Source: Azolla caroliniana
Taxonomy: Eukaryota; Plantae; Polypodiophyta
Length of the DNA stretch: 64,000 nucleotides
Reading direction: 5' to 3'
Assembly: GCA_043228905.1 (NCBI GenBank)
Contig: JBHGNT010000016.1
Coordinates: 17,360,001 to 17,424,000, forward strand
Below, one piece after another: positions 35,261 through 49,300 of this stretch. The number at the start of each line of letters is the position of its first letter. The first letter of the stretch is position 1. The position numbers and the translations under genes were made by a program. Below the pieces are notes generated by a model. The model was not told the DNA's origin and did no database searches. It saw only the letters and a list, made by a program, of their open reading frames with translations.

Positions 35261-38200
35261 ATGGCTGGTCGCTTGAATAGTTCGACGAAGTCTCGCCCCC
35301 ATTTTTGAAATGGCTCCAAGGGTAGTACCGGCTGGTGAGGCATCTGTGCCTTTTCTGTCGGTTGGCCCATTCGTTGACACAAATCACATTCCTTCGTGTA
35401 TCGGACCGAATCTTTCAGTGTCGTTGGCCACCAGAGCCCACTGCGCCATATCTTTCTTGTTGTAGCTTCACCGGCATAGTGTCCTCCGGCGACTCCGCAA
35501 TGTGCTTCCCGTAATATGATGTCCTTTTCATCGCTCCGCACTGCTCTCCGCCATATCCCATCGGCTCCCTTGTGGTATAGAGTATCCTGTAATAAACAAA
35601 AATGCCGGCTTTGGACCGCCAACCGTTTCCGCTCGTCTCTGTTCATCTCTTCCGGCAATAGTCACGTGCTTAAGAACTGATGCATGTTCGTTAGCCATTT
35701 GTCCTCGTCCGGAACTGTCCTATCCGTTGTGGTTTCTGCTGTAATTTTAAACAAGTCGGCATTCGGAAACTCATCTGGTACGCCGTCACCGGTCTCATCG
35801 GTTTCTAGCCAGCTCAAATAGTCGGCAACCGCATGTTGTATACCCGATCGGTGATAAATTTCAAACTCGAATTCCTATAGTAGCAATGTCCACCAGGCCA
35901 ACTTTCCTGTGAGGGATGCCTTAGAGACCAAGTATAAAAGTGTGGAATGGTCTAGGTGAAAGGAAAATTTATGGCCCAACAAATAGTGTCGGAACTTCGT
36001 GACACTATAAATCATCCCCAAGGCCTCTCTTTCCGTTGTGGAGTAATTTCGTTCCTCTTGTGACAGTTTCCGGCTCGCATAGTATACCGGCCGGTACCAC
36101 TTGCGTTCGGTTAGTTGCATAAGTGCGCTACCAATTGCTATGTTTGACGTGTCGACGAACACATGAAACTCTTTGGACCAATCTGGGGGTTGTACTACGG
36201 GTGCTTGCGATAGTAGTACTTTTAGCGCACGGTAAGCATCATCCTCTATAGTCGTCCATTGAAATGGTGTCCGGTGAACCGCAGCATGCAGTGGTGTTGC
36301 AAGATCTGCCAAATACCGGAGCATCCGGCTATGCCACCGGATTTTTCCTAAGAATCTGCTTAATGCTTTGGCCGTCGTTGGTGCCGGTGCCTCCAGAATT
36401 GCCCTGACTTTGTCCGGGTCTACTGTTATCCCGTCCTTGCTGACAATATGGCCAAGTAACGTACCACTAGCCACCCTGAACACACACTTTGCCGGGTTCA
36501 AGCTTAGCTGGTACCCCCTGCATTTCTCTAGGCATAACCGGAGATTGTCCAGGTGTTCCCCTTGCCGGCTATACACCGCGAAGTCGTCTAGGAACACCTA
36601 CATAAACACCGGGATGAACTCTCCAAATATTTCCATGATTATCCGTTGAAAGGTAGTCGATGCCGTCTTGAGTCCAAACATCATTATTACGGCAACAAAA
36701 ACTCCCCACTCGGTAACGAACATCGTCTTTTCTTGGTCATCGGGGTGCATTCGTATTTGATTGTAACCGCTGAATCCGTCTAGGAAGCTATATACCTCAT
36801 GACCGGCTACCGCGTCCAGAACTCCATCCGTGAATGGAAGTGGAAAGCCATCAGTCACCGTCGCGGCATTCAGTTTCCGATAATCGACGCACACCCAGAT
36901 CTTCCCGTTCTTCTTCGGCACAATGACTATCAGACTCAACCATGTGGCTTTCTTTACTGGCCGGATAAAACCAACTTGGAGTAACTTGTTGATCTCTTCT
37001 TTTACCCTTACCGCATAATTAGGGTTCATTCGGTAGCACCTTTGTGCTACCGGTTTGGCATCTTTGCTGAGATGTATCTGATGTTGATACAGTTGCGGAT
37101 CTAGCCCTCGCATATCCTCATAGGACCAGGCAAATACGTCCCGGAATTCTTTCAATAATGTAATCATTGTCGTTTTGTTTTCCGGTGACATATCTTTGGC
37201 AATATGTACTGGTCGTGCTTCCTCTCCAGTTCCCAACTCTACTTCTTCTAGCTGGGATGGCTTCACTCTTTGAGATTCCGCCATTTCCCGTTCCAGGACC
37301 ACCTGTGCTTGACGTAGTTCTCTGACGGCATCTCTATCTGGTTCCTCTCCAACATCTTCCGGTTGTGCAATATATGGAGAGACTGCTTCAGCCACATCTA
37401 TTTCGAACAAGGGTATGATTTTTGGATTATCCTCGAGATACTGATCGACTTCCTCGTCGGCGAGCCCTTCCAGCATATTAACGCTTTTAGCGTATAACGG
37501 TGTTAGCTCTTTGCCGGTTCCGGTTTGTGGATGTATCGGTACCCATACTTTGGTTTTGCCTCGTCGGAACATAATCTCGTTCTTTCGCCAGTTTTGCTTA
37601 ATGTGCATCGTCCACAACCATGGTCGTCCAAGCAATGGTAGGTAAGCCCCTTGGGTATTTAACTAGAGAACCACCACAGAAATGCGGAATGCATGTCCTC
37701 CAATTGTTACCTCCAGATCTCGTATTAAACCGGTGGGTCTTACCAAACTCGTATCTGCCATCCGGAGCCAAAACGGGCAAGGCTCCCACTCCTGGATTCC
37801 TAGGGTATCACAAGTACGGAGGCTAATTACATTGACGCCCGATCCTCCGTCGACGATCGTCCCTGGTAGCTTGCGTCCTTTGGCAATGGCAGTGATTGCC
37901 AGACTGCTTGTGTCCACCACTGCCGGCCCTTCCTCTGGGTTGGAAAAGAAAGCTGGAACCGGCGATGAGTCTAGTGGTGTCATTGCCGATTTCAGCCCAT
38001 CCGTGAACTGGGGTACTAATTGTAGTAGTCGGCCTAATGGCAACGTAATTTGACATTCCTATAACACCTTCCATGTTGGGTTTTCTGACTATATTGTGTC
38101 GATGAGCTCCGCCGGTGCCTCCTTTTGTTGTTTGACTTCGTCTGCATTCCGTTCATTTGCCTTTTCTACCCATTCGGTGGCCTGTTTCCGGATAGCCTCT

Positions 38201-40661
38201 TGTGCTTCCCACTCCGTCGTCTTTCCTTTTGACTTGGTGGTGACTTGTTGTATATCCGCGACCTCTACTACCACCATATTGACTGCCGGTCATTTTTCAT
38301 TACTTTTCACCGGGCATTGGTTGCTGTAATGGCCTTCCTACCGGCAATAATAACAATACGCTTTCCGGGTATTGCTGGATTCTGCTTTTGGCCCGGTACT
38401 TGGTTGAAATCCTATTGTCGGCCGATTAGGCTCTTCCGTTCGTCTTTGTTCTGGCTGGGTGCCACTCAAGCCTCTCTTCGGCTCTCGTGGGTATTCCTTC
38501 GTCGGTTCCCGATGCTCCTCCTTTCGGTTGTTTCGTTTCTTATTAAAACGTCGGTGGTTCTTGTATCCCTGTCGGCGGCGATCTTCATAATCCCTGTGCT
38601 GATCCTCTCCCCTCCGGTTGTAACTTGGAGAGTGATTGCGATCAGAACGGTCACCATTATGATCCTGGTACCTGTCGTACCAGTCCCGGTCATAAGTGTC
38701 CCTTCTGTCGTTGTACCGGACATCTTGTACTGGCCGGTAACGCTCGTCTCGATGCCAACGTTCTTCTTCCTCTTCCCGGTCGCTACGGGTATCGATTTGT
38801 CTTACCGGTGTTGCTTGCCGGTTCAGTAAGTTATATTCGCATCGGTCCATTGTGTGTGACCTGGAATGGCATAACATGCACTATGACCACATGGTACATT
38901 CTATTGCAGAGTGCCCAACATTGAGACAAGTCGTACATTGTATAGCTTGCCAAAAACGTAGGTCTTCTTCTGTCAGTAATGTACGTTGGAGTGCCCCCAT
39001 TGTTAGCCACGACCTCATTTTCTCCATCTCCCTGACCCGGTCTATGACCTGGTTGATGGAACTCGTGCGGAAATCAATGATTGTGCACACCATACGCAGG
39101 GGTTCCCGAAGTGCTGCTAGGAATATTGCTTTAGCCTCTACTTCCGGTGGTGCCCGACTTAGCTGGCTGTGCATCCGTTGGAACTGGATTACGAATTGTT
39201 GAATGGTTTCCGTAGGTTCTTGCCGTATGGTGTAGAATAGGCCGACCATCTCTCGTTGATCCACCTCCTTCTTGAAGAATTGTAAAAATCTGGTTTTCAA
39301 GTCCTCAAACGTAGTGATGGTGCTAGGAAGGTGCGTCAAGCGCCATCGCGCGGCTGGTCCTTCCAAAGTCATGCCGAACTCTGCGATCTTCGATCGATCT
39401 GCTTCGGCGGCGTTTAAGCGTTGCGACACATGGTTTGCTTCCCATGTTTGTAGAAATGCATACACATGGGCTTCCACATTCGAATCATCCCAGTACTTGG
39501 GATATTGGAACGGCATATCATCGTCCGGTGTCGGAACTCGAGCTGGTGGTGACGGAGGTCTCTCCCCCTCTTTTGTTGGAGGCGGTGTTGGAGGTTTTTC
39601 CTCCTCTTTTTTCGGAAGCGGTGTTAGAGGTCTTTCCTCCTGTTTTTCCGGCGTTGAAGGTCTTCCCTCTTCCTCCTTCGGAGGCTCACGTGGCGGTGTC
39701 GGAGGTTGATCCGCCTCATGCCTTCCTGAAGCTTCCAATTCTGTTATCGCCGGTTCCGGTGTCAGTATATTACCCAATTCCTCGTCCTCCAGTCTGTCCG
39801 GGGTGTCGTGAATGTTGCGGTAATTCGAATGTGTGTTGTACTCGCTATCCGAATCCGATTCAAACGCCGAAAATGGTTCCGAATCACCTTCTCCCGCTAT
39901 TAATGCCTGCAGGATGAATTCCGCTTCCTTCAAACTACTTAAACTGCTTCCTTCGTCTGGATGGAAATTTTGTTGCACACGGAGTGACTCCGCGGCCTCT
40001 CGTCGGATCACCTTTGAAAAGGATCGATCCGCGCGGATTTCTTCCGTCTCCTGGTGGTACGCTTCGTGCTTCCGCAGTCGTTCGGCAAGTCATCGTGCCC
40101 GCTCCATTGGTGGGTCGTTTGTTGGTCTAGTCATCCATGCCCCCCGTTGTTCACTACGCTTGAGCAAGAATCGTGGTCGCCAAAAACTGTGTTACTCCTT
40201 GGGGCAGGACTAGCCCTAACACAAGGTGTCCCTCTAGGACACTTCACCAAAGGATGGTGCAAGTGGGGTAGGTGTAGACCGTGATACAAACGTATTCCTA
40301 ACCGGCTATTAGCCGGCATGGTTAATGATCTCAATACACGCATAAGATAGATTCTATTAAGCACCGAGTAGTAATTAACTTAAAGCTTCAAAGATTAAAC
40401 AAGATGTAGAAGAACAGTACTCTCATTAATAAACCGCTAATTGATTACAATCTAACCAGGTTGTTTTATAGGTCACCGGCTTTGGGTACGAACCAGTGCC
40501 AACTGGCAACCGGCTACGAACCGGTCTGGATCCGGATCAGCATACTGAATCCAGGTCCATCCGTTTGCTTCTCAAAATATAATAATTATAGATAGTTCTA
40601 AAATAAATATCCCTTTCCCATTCTGAACTTTATCCGGCTTGTAAGTCTTTGCCGGACAACA
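35261..40661 (-). mobile_element. Non-chromovirus Ty3/gypsy element B, related to A, interrupted in integrase by element A
   Basis: 5' LTR 40661-40190, PBS tggcgaccacg (tRNA-Arg-like), gag ~40135-38089 with CCHC knuckles, VDGGSG protease, FLDD RT, RNase H and integrase HCGVAGGH..CDLC..PFQKWG.DFV. Confidence 0.9.
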
Positions 40662-43574
40662 CTTCCCTTAGCCTTTTTCGGTGTGTTGGTTGAATCAACT
40701 TTGTCTTTTTCGACTTTACACTTCGTGGCTTTTCCTTTCTCAACTCTTGTCTATTCGGCTTTGCCTTGCTTGGCCAATATTGATCTTGTCAACCTCTTAG
40801 TCGAATCCATTTCGACTAGTGGACCTCTTGCCGATTCGGAGTCAGTTGGAGTGGAGTTGGCTTGGTCGAGTTCGACTATTTATCGAATCTCCGATTTGGC
40901 CCGGTGGGACGGTCCTTCTACGACATCTCTGTCGGCTTCGAAGGATACCTTTTTACTAACGGTTTTTCTATTGGTTCCCCTCAAGGAGCATTGAGTCTTC
41001 ATTGAAGACTACGTCACTACTCCGGATCAATTTCTTGTTCTCTAGGTCCCATAGGTGGTAACTGAAATCCCCATCAGTTCCATAATCGAGAAATATGCAT
41101 TTTGTTGCATGGGGTGCCAACTTGTTCCTTTTCTCCCTAGGGATAAAAGCATAGGCATCGCATCCGAATATACGGAGCTTGTCGTAGGTCGGTTGTTTGC
41201 CTAACCATAGTGCCTATGGCACTTCGAGCCTTATTGCTTTCAACGGCGAAAGGTTGATCAGATATACTTCCGTCTACAATGCTTCGGCGTAGATCTCTAG
41301 GTTTAGTCCATCTTGTTGGAGCATTGTCGTCACCCTCTCCTAGATCATTCGGTTGATCCGCTCGGCTACTCCATTCTGCATGGGTGTGTATGGAACGGTC
41401 TTTTGATGTTAGATCCCTTTGTCGGACAAGCACGGTTTGAAGGCTCAAGAGATGTATTCCCTTCCATTGTCAGATCGGACGCTCCACTCGGTATCCTGAT
41501 TGGTTCTCCACTTCAGTTGTCCATCGAGTCAAGACCTTGAGTGCTTCGTCTTTGGTCCTAATTGAATAGGCCTAGACCTTTCGTGTATAGTCATCTACAA
41601 ATGTGATGAAGTACCATGAGCCACCTAGTGATATTTCAGGCATTGGTCCACATACGTTTGTGTGGATCAGCTCTAGGGGTTGTTGTACCATCTCGTAGTG
41701 GAGAGAGTGTGGACTCCGGGTCTATTTCCCATATCGACAATGCTCGCAAAAGTCTGTCTTTGGTAGGAGTTTCAGAATGTTGCTGAACACCATTAGTTGG
41801 TCCAGTCCGGCTTGCGACATATGGCCGAGTCGGCCATGCCATAAGTTCGGGTCGGTCGATTCAGCTACGTTCACAGCCCCTTCTGGATTGATCACCATAA
41901 TTGGATACAAGTTGTTGTACTTGTGTCCGCTTCTGATCTTGTTGTACTTGTGTCCGCTTCCGATCTTTAGATTCTCTCAGTTGATCATCCATGCCGACTC
42001 ACTCAGAGCCGTTCTGTACCCGTCTTCGGCTAACAAGCCGATGGAGACCAAACTCCTTTTCAGTGTGGGTACATGCCAGACTTGGTGCAAGACAATTGTG
42101 TTTCCATTTGACAATCGAATTGGCACTTCGCCTACTCCAGTGATTTTGCATTCCTGCCCATTGCCTAGTCAAATTGTGTCGCTGCGTCAGCCAAATAGTT
42201 CGAAAACCATTCAATGTTAGGGGTCACGTGAAACATGGCACCGTAGTCCAGTAGCCATAGAGGACTTGGACTTCTCTGATCATCGAGTCCTCTAGAGAGG
42301 ATTTCTCCTAATCAGGAGTCGACAACATTGATATGGTTGCCAATTGGAGAGCGGTTCGAGTCGGGTCATCCTGGATTTCGCTCAAATCGCCGATCGCGCT
42401 CTTTCCTCTTGATTGACCAACAGTCGGAAACGTTGTGACCAACTTTTCTGCAATGGGTGCAGAAATCACCTGGTTGGCTATTTCTCAACTTCGACCATTG
42501 TCGGTTTCCCCTCTTTCTCGATTGACTAGTGTTTCGACTGGATCTATCGGCTTGTTCTCTCGATCGACTCGGTCGAGTGATGGGCTTCTGCCAACTCATT
42601 GATGGTGAGTCCCATTGATTTTCGCTGAATATCCTCCATGAGGATTTGGCCGATAGTTTTGTCCAGGTTCAGCATAGGGCTGCTATTAGCAAAATTTGTG
42701 CAGAATACACCCCAGCTCGCCAGCAAGCTCAATAGGAGGGCAAGGGCTTTCACTTCTTCTTCGAAGTTAATCCTTGGGAGGAGAATTTAGATAACACCTA
42801 GCTGAAGGTGTTTATGTGAGAGGTGGTTGGATCGGTCTCTCTCATCTTCATGTTGAATAGTTGTCTTATCAATATTAGTTTTGAAGATGAGGACTTCTTC
42901 TCATACACAACATGTAGCTTCTCCCACAACGAGAATGTTGTCATCTCCTTTGCCATACTAAAATAAACGTTTTTGGCTAGATGTAGGTGGAGCATGTGAT
43001 TTCATCCATTGATCTCCACTCTTCGGTTAACATTGAGGCACGTTTTTCACTATGTAGAATGGCTTCGACCTGTTTTCGAATGATCAACACGTCTTGCATC
43101 ATCTCCTTCCACAGGGCAAAGTTTTTGCCGTTGAACTTTCAGATTTCAACTCCTATTCCAGATGTTGAAGCCATGTTCTTTGAAGTGAGATTTACTAATC
43201 TGATCTTTTCTTTCAAGTGTGGGGTTTCCTCTTCTTGATTTTTCTGCTATTCATTGTCGTTGAACAACAAGTCGCTCTTATACCACTTGTGAGAAAAAGA
43301 TGTGCGGATAGATGCGTGTAAGTATGAGGACCTACAAGTAGATGTGTACAACAAACAACACAAATATGCAACAAGGGAAGAAACAATAGATCAACACAAA
43401 TTCAAGCTTCAATGGAAATTCTTGTTATTCTATAACTCTCCTCTACAAGACTCAAGATACAAGATCATCCAGTTACAACATTAGGTTAGAGCTTATATAC
43501 TCAAGCCCTAACTATTGGATGTGTTCACACTTATATGGATACAAAGTCGAAGGGGTTGGCCTTTTACGGCAACA
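40662..43574 (-). mobile_element. Decayed Ty1/copia element (5' LTR 43574-43288, PBS, gag, protease, integrase; no RT/RNase H seen)
   Basis: PBS tggtataagagc at 43285-43274. LWEKLHVVYEKKSSSSKLILIRQLFNMKM, CTHCRKVGHNVSDC, LWHGRLGHMS..CEHC and KCIFL. Ends in a purine tract aaggggaag at 40670-40662. Confidence 0.85.
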
Positions 43575-45115
43575 TGGCGCGGGCTAGGCTTTCGTCACGA
43601 CGATCATGTTAATCTCTTCCAAGGTCCTAATATCCGGCAATATGGGACGACGGTGGTAGTTGGTTATGTCTAGATCATAGCTCAAGGGTGGTTGGGTGGA
43701 ACGGGTTCTTCTATCCAATCTATTTTCCTTCCTTTTACTTTATTTTGGTCTATTGATGAGTAGTAAACTCTTATCAAAATGCCTACTCAAACAATTATTG
43801 GAATTTGGACAGAATTTGTGCACAATCAAAAAGGTTATTTGATAGCATAAAAGACGACACATACCATATGATACAAAGGTATATTTTATAGGCGATTTTT
43901 TGATGGCATGGAGTGGTTTTACTCTACATTGAAATATTTATTTAAGCTAATATCTAGAACTTAACCTCGGTTGAAAACAAAGGTTAACTACCTATATGTA
44001 CAATAATTTCTTATATATCCTCAAGGTGTTTCTTAATAGTAATGCAATATCTTTTTTCAAAAACAACGGAATTGGAGCCCATGTGATCCTTGGTGCACTC
44101 AACCCTATCCTTCTTTAGATTGTATTACTCTGCATGCTACTACCCATATTGAAATCATTTATTTAAGTTTACCCCTTCCTTCCTTTGCATTCAACTTCAA
44201 CGAGCGTTGTTTTTTCTTCTTTACTTGCAAGGAAAGCATTTATGCTACCAATGCCATACCACACCATCTCTCCTCCTTATTATCAAATCCATAATGTTGA
44301 CTATGATCCTTGGTAAATGTACTTTGGGAACATTGACCACTAACATCTTGGGTCATGGTATATTTACTAAAATTTGACGATGGAAGACACCTTGCCATGG
44401 GGTACACAGAACCCCATGGTATTTGTTGCCTTTCAAGATATATTGATGCAATATGTCATGGTTCTTGACAAAGGTAACACACAATATCTCTCTGCTCCCT
44501 CCTTAGGTACAAAGTTACCACGACTTACAACTTTTGTTTAACCATGTCATTGCCTCCTCGAAAGGCCAATGATGCATCATCATGAAAATTGACACATGAA
44601 CTATGTTTTGTGATGGTGTTAAAGGCATCAATGTGATCCATATCATCCATGACATGTCATAGGATGATAAAGTTAGTGTATTGAAGCAATCCTAATCAAC
44701 ATTCAAGATTGTCTTGAGTACCTAAATATGCAAATTTGAGAGTTTCCGGGCGTGCATGTGCAAAACTATTACCATTTAGAAATTGACTAAACATATCTCG
44801 AATAGAGCAATTTTGTTTTATCTAAGATGTAAGGTTGCCCAAAAAAGGGCGTGTATTGTTGGAAAGGGGATTGGTGTTGCACATTAGAACTATTGCATAC
44901 CCAAGACAAATCCATTATCTCCAAAGTCTAGTTAACCACCCTTTGGAAACCTCCTAATTAATACATTCTAATCTAACACTCCCTTGAAAGATATATATAT
45001 ATATATATATCAATCATGTTGATCTAAAGGTAATGTTATCTAGGATTGTTGGTTGGTTTTACTAGTTTTCTATCTTCTGGGGTCCTCCTTCCCACATCTT
45101 AAGTGATGACATTTT

Positions 45116-45153
45116 GTATGTATGTATGTATGTATGTATGTATGTATGTATGT
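45116..45153. repeat. (TATG)n microsatellite
   Basis: Direct reading of the sequence. Confidence 0.9.
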
Positions 45154-45736
45154 GGCATTGTCCCTTTCCGTTCTTTTATGGCTTCTTGAACTTCAACTAT
45201 TACCAAACAAAATATTGAAGTTAATGAAAGTATCTTCATCCACAAGTCAATTGTCTAGCATTGTGGATTATTCACTATGGGCAAGCAAGCAACATTAAAA
45301 TGTTTCCTTCATTTCAGAAATTGCCTTGTGCAAGATCATAATAACGTCCACCAAATCTTCAAGAGCTATTTAATCGTACCCACACAAGCACATCACCCAT
45401 TTAGTAATCATTGTCATGTGAGCCCCTTGTCACTTCCAACTAGTGCCTTCATTCTACAGACATGTTTCGGCTCCCATCGTGAACCTTGCATTTAAAATGG
45501 ACACAAACTTGCCTGACAACTCCACACCAACATTGTGGTCAGCTCCTCGACATCTATGGCTAAAAAGTTGTAAAGAGAGAAGAATTGAGGAGAAGGAAGA
45601 AGGTGGGTTACTTTTGTTTTAAATTTTTTAGATTTTGCTTTGGATGGGAGGGCACAAGGGTTGGTTTTTCTTTTTCTTTTCTATTTTTACTTTGTTGTCA
45701 GTGTTCTACAAGGGTCATCTCAGTAAATATGTATAA

Positions 45737-45738
<2 letters not shown>

Positions 45739-45773
<35 letters not shown>
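45739..45773. repeat. (TG)n microsatellite
   Basis: Direct reading of the sequence. Confidence 0.9.
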
Positions 45774-45777
<4 letters not shown>

Positions 45778-46224
45778 CCCGTTCTTCGGGTTTCATGGTA
45801 CCTTTTTTCCTTTGTAAATTTATCTGGGACTTGTTGATGTCTGTTGTGAAAACCCTCGTATGAATGGCCCAAAACAAAAAGGCTTCATATGTATGTATGA
45901 ATGGCCCAAAATAAAGGAAGGGGGATGGGCTTCTTTTAAGGTTGTCATATCAAAGGAAGGAAAATGGGAAATGCTGGGGTAACAAAAATGTAAAAAAAGA
46001 GAACATTTGTAAAAACATTTGAAAAAAAAAAGTGAATTTAAAAATAAAATTTGAGAGGCTACCAAACTACAAAACAAAAAAAAATGGGAGGTTAAAAATA
46101 AATGGGTAAAAATAATAATAATAATATTTTTGAATTTCGTTTTTTTGTTTTGTTTTTCTTTTTCATTTTTATGTCATTTTTAAATGGGTGTAATGTGAGT
46201 GTGTTCCTTAAAAGGGGGCTGATG

Positions 46225-46325
46225 GAATCCACGTGCGACGCCAGGCTGGCGCGCGGATGACGTCAGCGGGCGGATGAGCTGTCGGGAATATGGAGTGAAA
46301 GCTTTATGCGTGTCGCTGGCCAGGA
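46225..46325. promoter_or_regulatory. CpG-rich patch with bZIP-type motifs
   Basis: CACGTG at 46230-46235 and TGACGTCA at 46258-46265, in a GC/CpG-rich patch flanked by A/T tracts. Confidence 0.35.
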
Positions 46326-49300
46326 AACTAAAAGATAAAAACAAAAAAAAGCCCAATAATAATAATAATAACAACAAATATAGAAAAGAAAAAGAAAGAA
46401 AAGGAAATTCCGGATTTGCATTTAATTCTCGAGAACTTTTTCTGGCTTTTTATTTTCTTTTTCCAGAAAAGCAAAAGGAGAAAAAAGGGGCTGTGTATAT
46501 GTATGTATGTGGGGCTGAAAAATCGGTTTCACACGGGGCGTCCAGAAACCCTCTTCTTCTTCTTTCTTCTTCTTGTCCTTGGGTATTCGGCCCCCCATTT
46601 ATGTATTAGTAGATTTGTTGGTCGCTTCCCAGGATACAAAGACAAAAAAAGCACCCCCTCGAAGTGACACACTCCCCCCTTAATCTTTTTTTCACCCCCC
46701 CCCCAACACCCCTCCCCTTCATATTGTTCTTTGTTGTTTTACTTCCTTTCTCTGACAGAGTTTATCCTCTCACTTTCCCTTTTCCTTTTGCTTTGCTTTG
46801 CTGGTCTTGTTTATGGGCGTAAGTCCCCATGTTTTTTTTTTCCAGTTGTGCCCTTGTGCAATAGCATTGCCCCGTTGTGTATCTTTCGTAGCACCCGATG
46901 AACCGAGCCACTTCGAACCTCACCCTATATTTGTACATTTTGTCCACTTCTCGGCATACATGTACACAACCCTACCAGGATCCCTCCTCCCCCCCCCCCC
47001 CCCCCCACCTTTATCAACAGTTGTCTCGATTACACACTTGTCTATCCACACTGTGTGCATGTCTAGCTCTCGGTTATATACCGTCTCTTTCCCCCACGCC
47101 TCGATCATCCTCCCCCTCACACCTCTCATATGCCGTCTCGTGTCTTTCAACCTACAAGCATATTGCTCAAATCATTGGATTCAAGGGTTGAGAAGTGGAA
47201 TTCATCTTCCCTTACATATCACTTTTCGTTCACTTTTTTTTTTCTATCACCCTCTTTGAAACAAACATACTAGGATAAATATTTTAATGTGTGTGAAAGA
47301 GTAATCCTTATCTATCTACCCGCCCTCCCCCCAATCCACTAGAAAATAAATTAAACAACGCAAGGCCATGAATGAAATTCTTGAAACATCTAATCCAACT
47401 AGCAATATAGAAGACCGCCCATTGATGATTATAGTTATTATATTTTGTTTGTATTAGTGATTAACTGCTTCCCATCACGCACCACCTTGCCTTTGGTTGC
47501 TAATAAATAAGTATATCTCTAGATAAATGTCTAAAACTATGCTCCATTTTTGCAATGATCAAATAGTACCATACGTGTATTGTAGCCTACTAAAAAAACA
47601 TTGGCATGCCTCCTTTAACAGCACTTTAACCAAGTGGTTGTCACGCGACGTTATCAACTTGTGACGTTGTAATTGGCAATTGGAGATACTATGCAAAATG
47701 CCCTTATTTGTGACCTATTCTTTGCATGAGTAGCTATCACCACCAACAAAAGAGAGTTTGGCCTAAAGTGTCTATAGTTGAGTATGTTTGTACAATCAAG
47801 CAAGGAAGGGTATTGTCTTAGTTCTTGATTTTAAAATCGGAACACCACGCAGAAACCAACTTGGTGTCCCTAGTATCAACAACACATCATGTTTGTGTCT
47901 CTTTTTATGGGTCAATTTGCATTGTGTTCAAATATCGATGGAATATAGCCATGTCCTTCGATTACGTAATGTAAATGCATATTGCATCCTCAATAAAGTA
48001 AATCACATAATCAATCAATTCAACAACTCTAGAAACAATATAAATATGGATGTACAACTTGATGCACATGGTGGAAGATTGGAAACATTCACATGTTGAG
48101 TAGTAACATATCCCATCAACATTGTTGGTTTTACATACACTATGTATGAAAAAGAAATTACCTAACAAAAGCCAACTACCCTATCAAATCAAACAAGCAT
48201 TGGTCATATCCACTAGATGTAGATCAATCTTCACTCCCAACTCCCGAGGGGTGTAAAGCACTCAACGACAAAATCCACATGCTCTCAATAGACAAAATTT
48301 CTCTCCATGAGTGTGCATGCCCACTTTTTCATGGGAGTGCATTGGGGATTTGTACATGCAAAAATGCTCTGTGTATATCGAAGAGGAGCTTCGCACATAC
48401 GTATGCCACGTATACACATGCATATCATGCATGTGTGTGCATGTATGACACGTATAATTAAATATCGATCACGCATACTATGTAGATCATCTTTAAATTA
48501 AAGGGTAACATATCAAGGACAGCTCGTAAACAACAAAATTGCAAATGTCTTACTAAATAAGCTTGAGTTCCGTGTAAATGGGCAGAATACTCAATTCCTT
48601 CATTGCAAGGGCACCAATTTCTTTGGAGTCAATTCAATTATTACATCAAGATGTTTAGATGTTGAATGTTTCACATACATGGATATTGGCATCGATAGAC
48701 AAATCTTATATTGTCGTCAAAATTCAAATATGAAATATGGGACCAAAAGGTAAACATTTTCACATCGCAAGTGTGGAATTTAGTGGCTCTCAATGTTTAA
48801 GGATTTACTGATGAACATTGTAAAGTGATGGAAATATGTGTAACGATAGGACTTGATTTGATAATGTGTGGAAAGCAAACTCAGTTGTGATTGAAGATGG
48901 AACACTCCAATAAAGCTCGATATTTGAAATCACAAACTTATTATTGTTCAGGGAAAAACATGCATAGTCGACAAATCTCTTTGCATTTTCCCCAACACCC
49001 TATCTCATATTGATTGAGGGAATTTGAGTTAAGACTTATGGAAGCAATGGTGTATATTCCACTTGGATAAGAGTATGGGCTCTAGCATGCTTGGTTTTGT
49101 GTAATTTTCTCGCTCAAGAGAAGAAGATGGATTTGTAGTTTGGTGGGACATATATAATATAATGTGCAAACACGAGCCTCCATATTGATATATTGGCATT
49201 GCAAAAATACCTTAATCATGGTAGAATCTATTGATGCATCATGAAGTGTAGTGTATCCCATCCACCAAACCATTTCATTATATCTACCACGTGTCGTTTG

